Below, in pieces: positions 60,905-64,000 of a DNA stretch of 64,000 bases (position 1 is its first letter; each line of letters starts with the position of its first letter). The position numbers and the translations under genes were made by a program. Source of the DNA: an uncultured Spirochaetota bacterium (GTDB lineage: Bacteria; Spirochaetota; Brevinematia; Brevinematales; JAOACQ01); NCBI GenBank assembly GCA_963835575.1, contig CAWIGG010000002.1, positions 1,728,001 through 1,792,000 on the forward strand, given 5' to 3'. A model generated the notes under the pieces. The model saw only the letters and a program-made list of their open reading frames with translations, did no database searches and was not told the origin of the DNA.

Positions 60905-63900
60905 ATGGAAAAGAAAATGTTCAAAGCCCCTTTTCAGCTTCTTCTCATCATTGCCGTTCTGCTCGCTTTTTTTGACGCAGTCATGATGGGGCTGTCGCGT
61001 TTTAATTTTCTGTTTATATTATATGCCATGCTGTTCATACCGGTTACAGGATTATTTCTTGGTCTTTTCGCGATGGTCCTCAACCGTCTGATCACAACCC
61101 GCTGGGGACGTTTTTTTGACGGATGGGTATTTTTAGGCATCACCGCCGGTATTCTCTTTCTGCCTTTTTCCGAAAGCCGGGACATCCTGCGGGCAATTGT
61201 CTTTACCCTGTCTTACGCGGCCGGCGTTTTTCTATTCATCATGCTCGGTAAATTCTGGGAAATTCAAAGGGGCCCCTGGAAATTCAGCGAAGCTGCCGGC
61301 GCGCTTTTAAAAGGAATAACCTCGCTACTCACCGGCCTTTTAAAAATAACAGGAAACGGAATTTTATTTTTAACCAATATTCCCGCTTTATTTTTTAAAA
61401 ACCTTTTTTCCGATGCCCGCCGGCGGACCGCGATTATTACTATTTCAACAGTGATAATAGCGGCGGCGGTGCTTTGTTTTATCCTTACAAATCTGTATCT
61501 GGTCACGGTCAAATATTATACCCCCATCGGCGAAGCGCCTCTTAAAAGCTCGATCTCCATAAAATTCTCCGAGCCTGTCGCGCTTCAGAAAGAAGATGTG
61601 GAAGAACTTCTAACCGAAGGGCAGACGGATTATACAAATGTCTCCTCAGTTCCAAACCTTATCCTGGTCAAGCCCGGCGTGGAATATTTTAAAATTTCCC
61701 CTCCTCTCAGCGGCTCCTACCGCCTGATGAATAATGAAACGCTTACTTTCCTTCCTTCCGGGCCGTTAAGCCCTTCGACGCGTTATACAGTCAATGTCAT
61801 CACCGGGAGGATAAAAAAGACGGGCAAGATAGTCCTGGGCAGGACTTTTATATTTAATACGCCGCAATTTAAAACGGCCGGCGTCAATATGTTTTACAAT
61901 TATGAACTCCTCAATAAAACTGAGAAAGAAGCTGTCGGGGAGATCGAATTTAACGCGCCGGTCGATATCAATGAATTAAGGAAATACACGGCGATGGAAA
62001 TTGACGGGAAAAACATGAACATCACCATCGAGCCTGCCAATGTCCCGACGCGCTTTTATGTCAAATCCGGCAAAGTGGAAAGGCAGGACAGAGCCTCCAC
62101 GATCAGGCTCATAATTAAAAAAGGCCTGAACTGCATCGGCGGTCAGGTCCCTCTTTCCGATGATTTTTCCAGCACAATTTTTCTGCCGGAAAAGCTTAAA
62201 CTGCAGGTTGTCAAAGCGGAAACATGGCCGGTCCGCGGCAACACTTATATAGCCGTATTATTCAACATGCCAATTACCGAAAGCGGCATCAGGGATTATG
62301 TCCGCATAGAAAAAGGCGGCAGTAAAGATAAAACCCTGCCCTTTTCCATAGAAACGGAATACTGCTACGCCGTATTGAAAGCGGATTTCAAGCCGAACCA
62401 GGATTACCGGGTTGTCGTGACGCCGGGACTGCCGGCAAAAAGCGGCGAACAGCTGCAGAAGCAGTTTGATTATCATGTCCGGATAAATGACCTTCCTTCC
62501 ATGGCAAGCTTTACATCGAAGGGGTCCATCCTGCCTTCGGCTGGAAATCTCGACATCGAGCTCTACACGGTCAATCTGGACGAGTTTGAGGTCAAGATCG
62601 ATAAGATATTCAGAAACAACCTTGTTTATTACCTGCGGCATAATTATAATCCTTCCTATTCAAAAACACTTCTTTATAAAAAGGTGGATGTCGGCGAAGG
62701 AGAGCTGAACAAGAAGATCCCGCAGTTTATCAATCTGAAAAAATTCCATTCCATGGAATATAAGGGTCTATACAATATTTCCCTCTATGATTCAAAGGGA
62801 AACGGGGGTAATTATAATAATGATAATGAAGGCGAGGAGGATGTTTCTTCAGACACCTCCTATGACAGTTATTCCGGCGAAAGGATCAATAATAAAATCG
62901 TCCTCTGTACCGATCTGGGAATTATGGCCAAAGAATCCGGCGGCGACCTTCTGGTCAGGGTCAACTCGATCATGAATCTATCGCCCCTGGCCGGGGTCCG
63001 CGTCAGCTTGGTCAGCTACGAGAACCAGGTTATCACGGAGGAAACAACAGGACCGGACGGAGAATGCGTTTTTAAAAACTGGAAGATCAATGATTATAAA
63101 TTCATGCCCTTTATCGTGATCGCCGAACAGGGCGAGGATTTTTCCTACCTTGAATTCAACCGGAACCGTCTGGACGAAGGCCGCTTCAGCATCGGCGGCA
63201 GAATGTACTCGCCCGACAAGCTGAACGCTTTTCTGACGCCGGAAATGGGCGTATACAGGCCGGGTGAAAAGGCTTATCTCACAGCCGTTGTCCGGAACGG
63301 GGACTTGAGCCTGCCTCCTGAAATCCCTGTTCTGCTTAAAGTATATGATCCAACCGGCCAGGCTTTCCTGACCTTGAAATCGAAAGTTCCCGCGAACGGG
63401 CTTCTCTCTTTTGAAGTGCCGTTCTCCGCCTACGCTAAAACAGGACAGTATGAAGCCTCTCTCAGCATCAATGACGATACGGTCATAGGCCGCTCGCCGC
63501 TGAAGGTCGAGGAATTCATTCCCCATAAAATCCAGGTCCAGATTCAAAGCCTTCAAGACAAAATACCGAGCGGGCAGGCGCTCTCATTTAAAGTAAAAGG
63601 TCTCCAGCTTTACGGCCCGCCGGCCGCTGACGCGAAGCTGATCTCCCAGGTTAAACTGACATCCCGGATTTTTTCCCATCCGGACTTTGCCGATTATACC
63701 TTCAGCGACAGCGAAAGAACATACAACGAGGAAATCGTCAACCTCGGGGAATCACAACTGGACGATAACGGCGAAAAACTCTATTCGGTGGACATTCCGC
63801 GCACCATTTTGCCTCCTTCCGCTTTGAACGCCGTCGTTTACACAGAAGTCTATGATTCAGGCGGCAGGCCCGTCAGCGATATGAAAGTCATACCTGTTGA

Positions 63901-64000
63901 TTTTTACAACATCTATTTAGGCCTGAAGGCTGAAAAAAGGGACGCTTATTTTAAGGGGGTTCCCATCCAGATTTCCTACGTCGCCATCGATCCCGACGGG
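60905..64000 (+). CDS. Alpha-2-macroglobulin family protein, 5' part (runs off the window edge)
   Basis: RBS AGGAGG; TDLGI..K, G...V.V..I....P..G, GVYRPGE, KVEEFIP MG-domain motifs. Not in the ORF track. Confidence 0.9.
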   Translation, partial: MEKKMFKAPFQLLLIIAVLLAFFDAVMMGLSRFNFLFILYAMLFIPVTGLFLGLFAMVLNRLITTRWGRFFDGWVFLGITAGILFLPFSESRDILRAIVFTLSYAAGVFLFIMLGKFWEIQRGPWKFSEAAGALLKGITSLLTGLLKITGNGILFLTNIPALFFKNLFSDARRRTAIITISTVIIAAAVLCFILTNLYLVTVKYYTPIGEAPLKSSISIKFSEPVALQKEDVEELLTEGQTDYTNVSSVPNLILVKPGVEYFKISPPLSGSYRLMNNETLTFLPSGPLSPSTRYTVNVITGRIKKTGKIVLGRTFIFNTPQFKTAGVNMFYNYELLNKTEKEAVGEIEFNAPVDINELRKYTAMEIDGKNMNITIEPANVPTRFYVKSGKVERQDRASTIRLIIKKGLNCIGGQVPLSDDFSSTIFLPEKLKLQVVKAETWPVRGNTYIAVLFNMPITESGIRDYVRIEKGGSKDKTLPFSIETEYCYAVLKADFKPNQDYRVVVTPGLPAKSGEQLQKQFDYHVRINDLPSMASFTSKGSILPSAGNLDIELYTVNLDEFEVKIDKIFRNNLVYYLRHNYNPSYSKTLLYKKVDVGEGELNKKIPQFINLKKFHSMEYKGLYNISLYDSKGNGGNYNNDNEGEEDVSSDTSYDSYSGERINNKIVLCTDLGIMAKESGGDLLVRVNSIMNLSPLAGVRVSLVSYENQVITEETTGPDGECVFKNWKINDYKFMPFIVIAEQGEDFSYLEFNRNRLDEGRFSIGGRMYSPDKLNAFLTPEMGVYRPGEKAYLTAVVRNGDLSLPPEIPVLLKVYDPTGQAFLTLKSKVPANGLLSFEVPFSAYAKTGQYEASLSINDDTVIGRSPLKVEEFIPHKIQVQIQSLQDKIPSGQALSFKVKGLQLYGPPAADAKLISQVKLTSRIFSHPDFADYTFSDSERTYNEEIVNLGESQLDDNGEKLYSVDIPRTILPPSALNAVVYTEVYDSGGRPVSDMKVIPVDFYNIYLGLKAEKRDAYFKGVPIQISYVAIDPDG

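Overview
Bacterial chromosomal window, probably from a spirochaete-like anaerobe (inferred from the omega-subunit type and cassette style; not verified). The housekeeping backbone is frr (partial), a FabK/NMO-like gene with etfB-etfA-acyl-CoA dehydrogenase, rpoZ, clpB, murD, a 6S-like RNA, miaA, a Liv-type ABC transporter with paaK, GH12 and GH116 glycosidases, and a partial alpha-2-macroglobulin. Mobile DNA includes three IS elements with readable inverted repeats (IRs) and target-site duplications (TSDs), and a class IIC group II intron placed directly after a terminator. The main accessory features are: (1) an integron-like platform with no integrase (Pc-like promoter, attI-like site, two attC-bounded cassettes, one of them a toxin-antitoxin pair); (2) an AT-rich island headed by a WYL regulator, with two matching operators, two UDG-superfamily proteins, an ankyrin protein, a DEDDh exonuclease and a catalytically degenerate DnaB; (3) several families of nested intergenic palindromic repeats, one shared between the intron RNA and a kinase stop codon. 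Both LacI-sensor/GGDEF paralogues are broken. All assignments come from reading motifs by eye; no searches were run.
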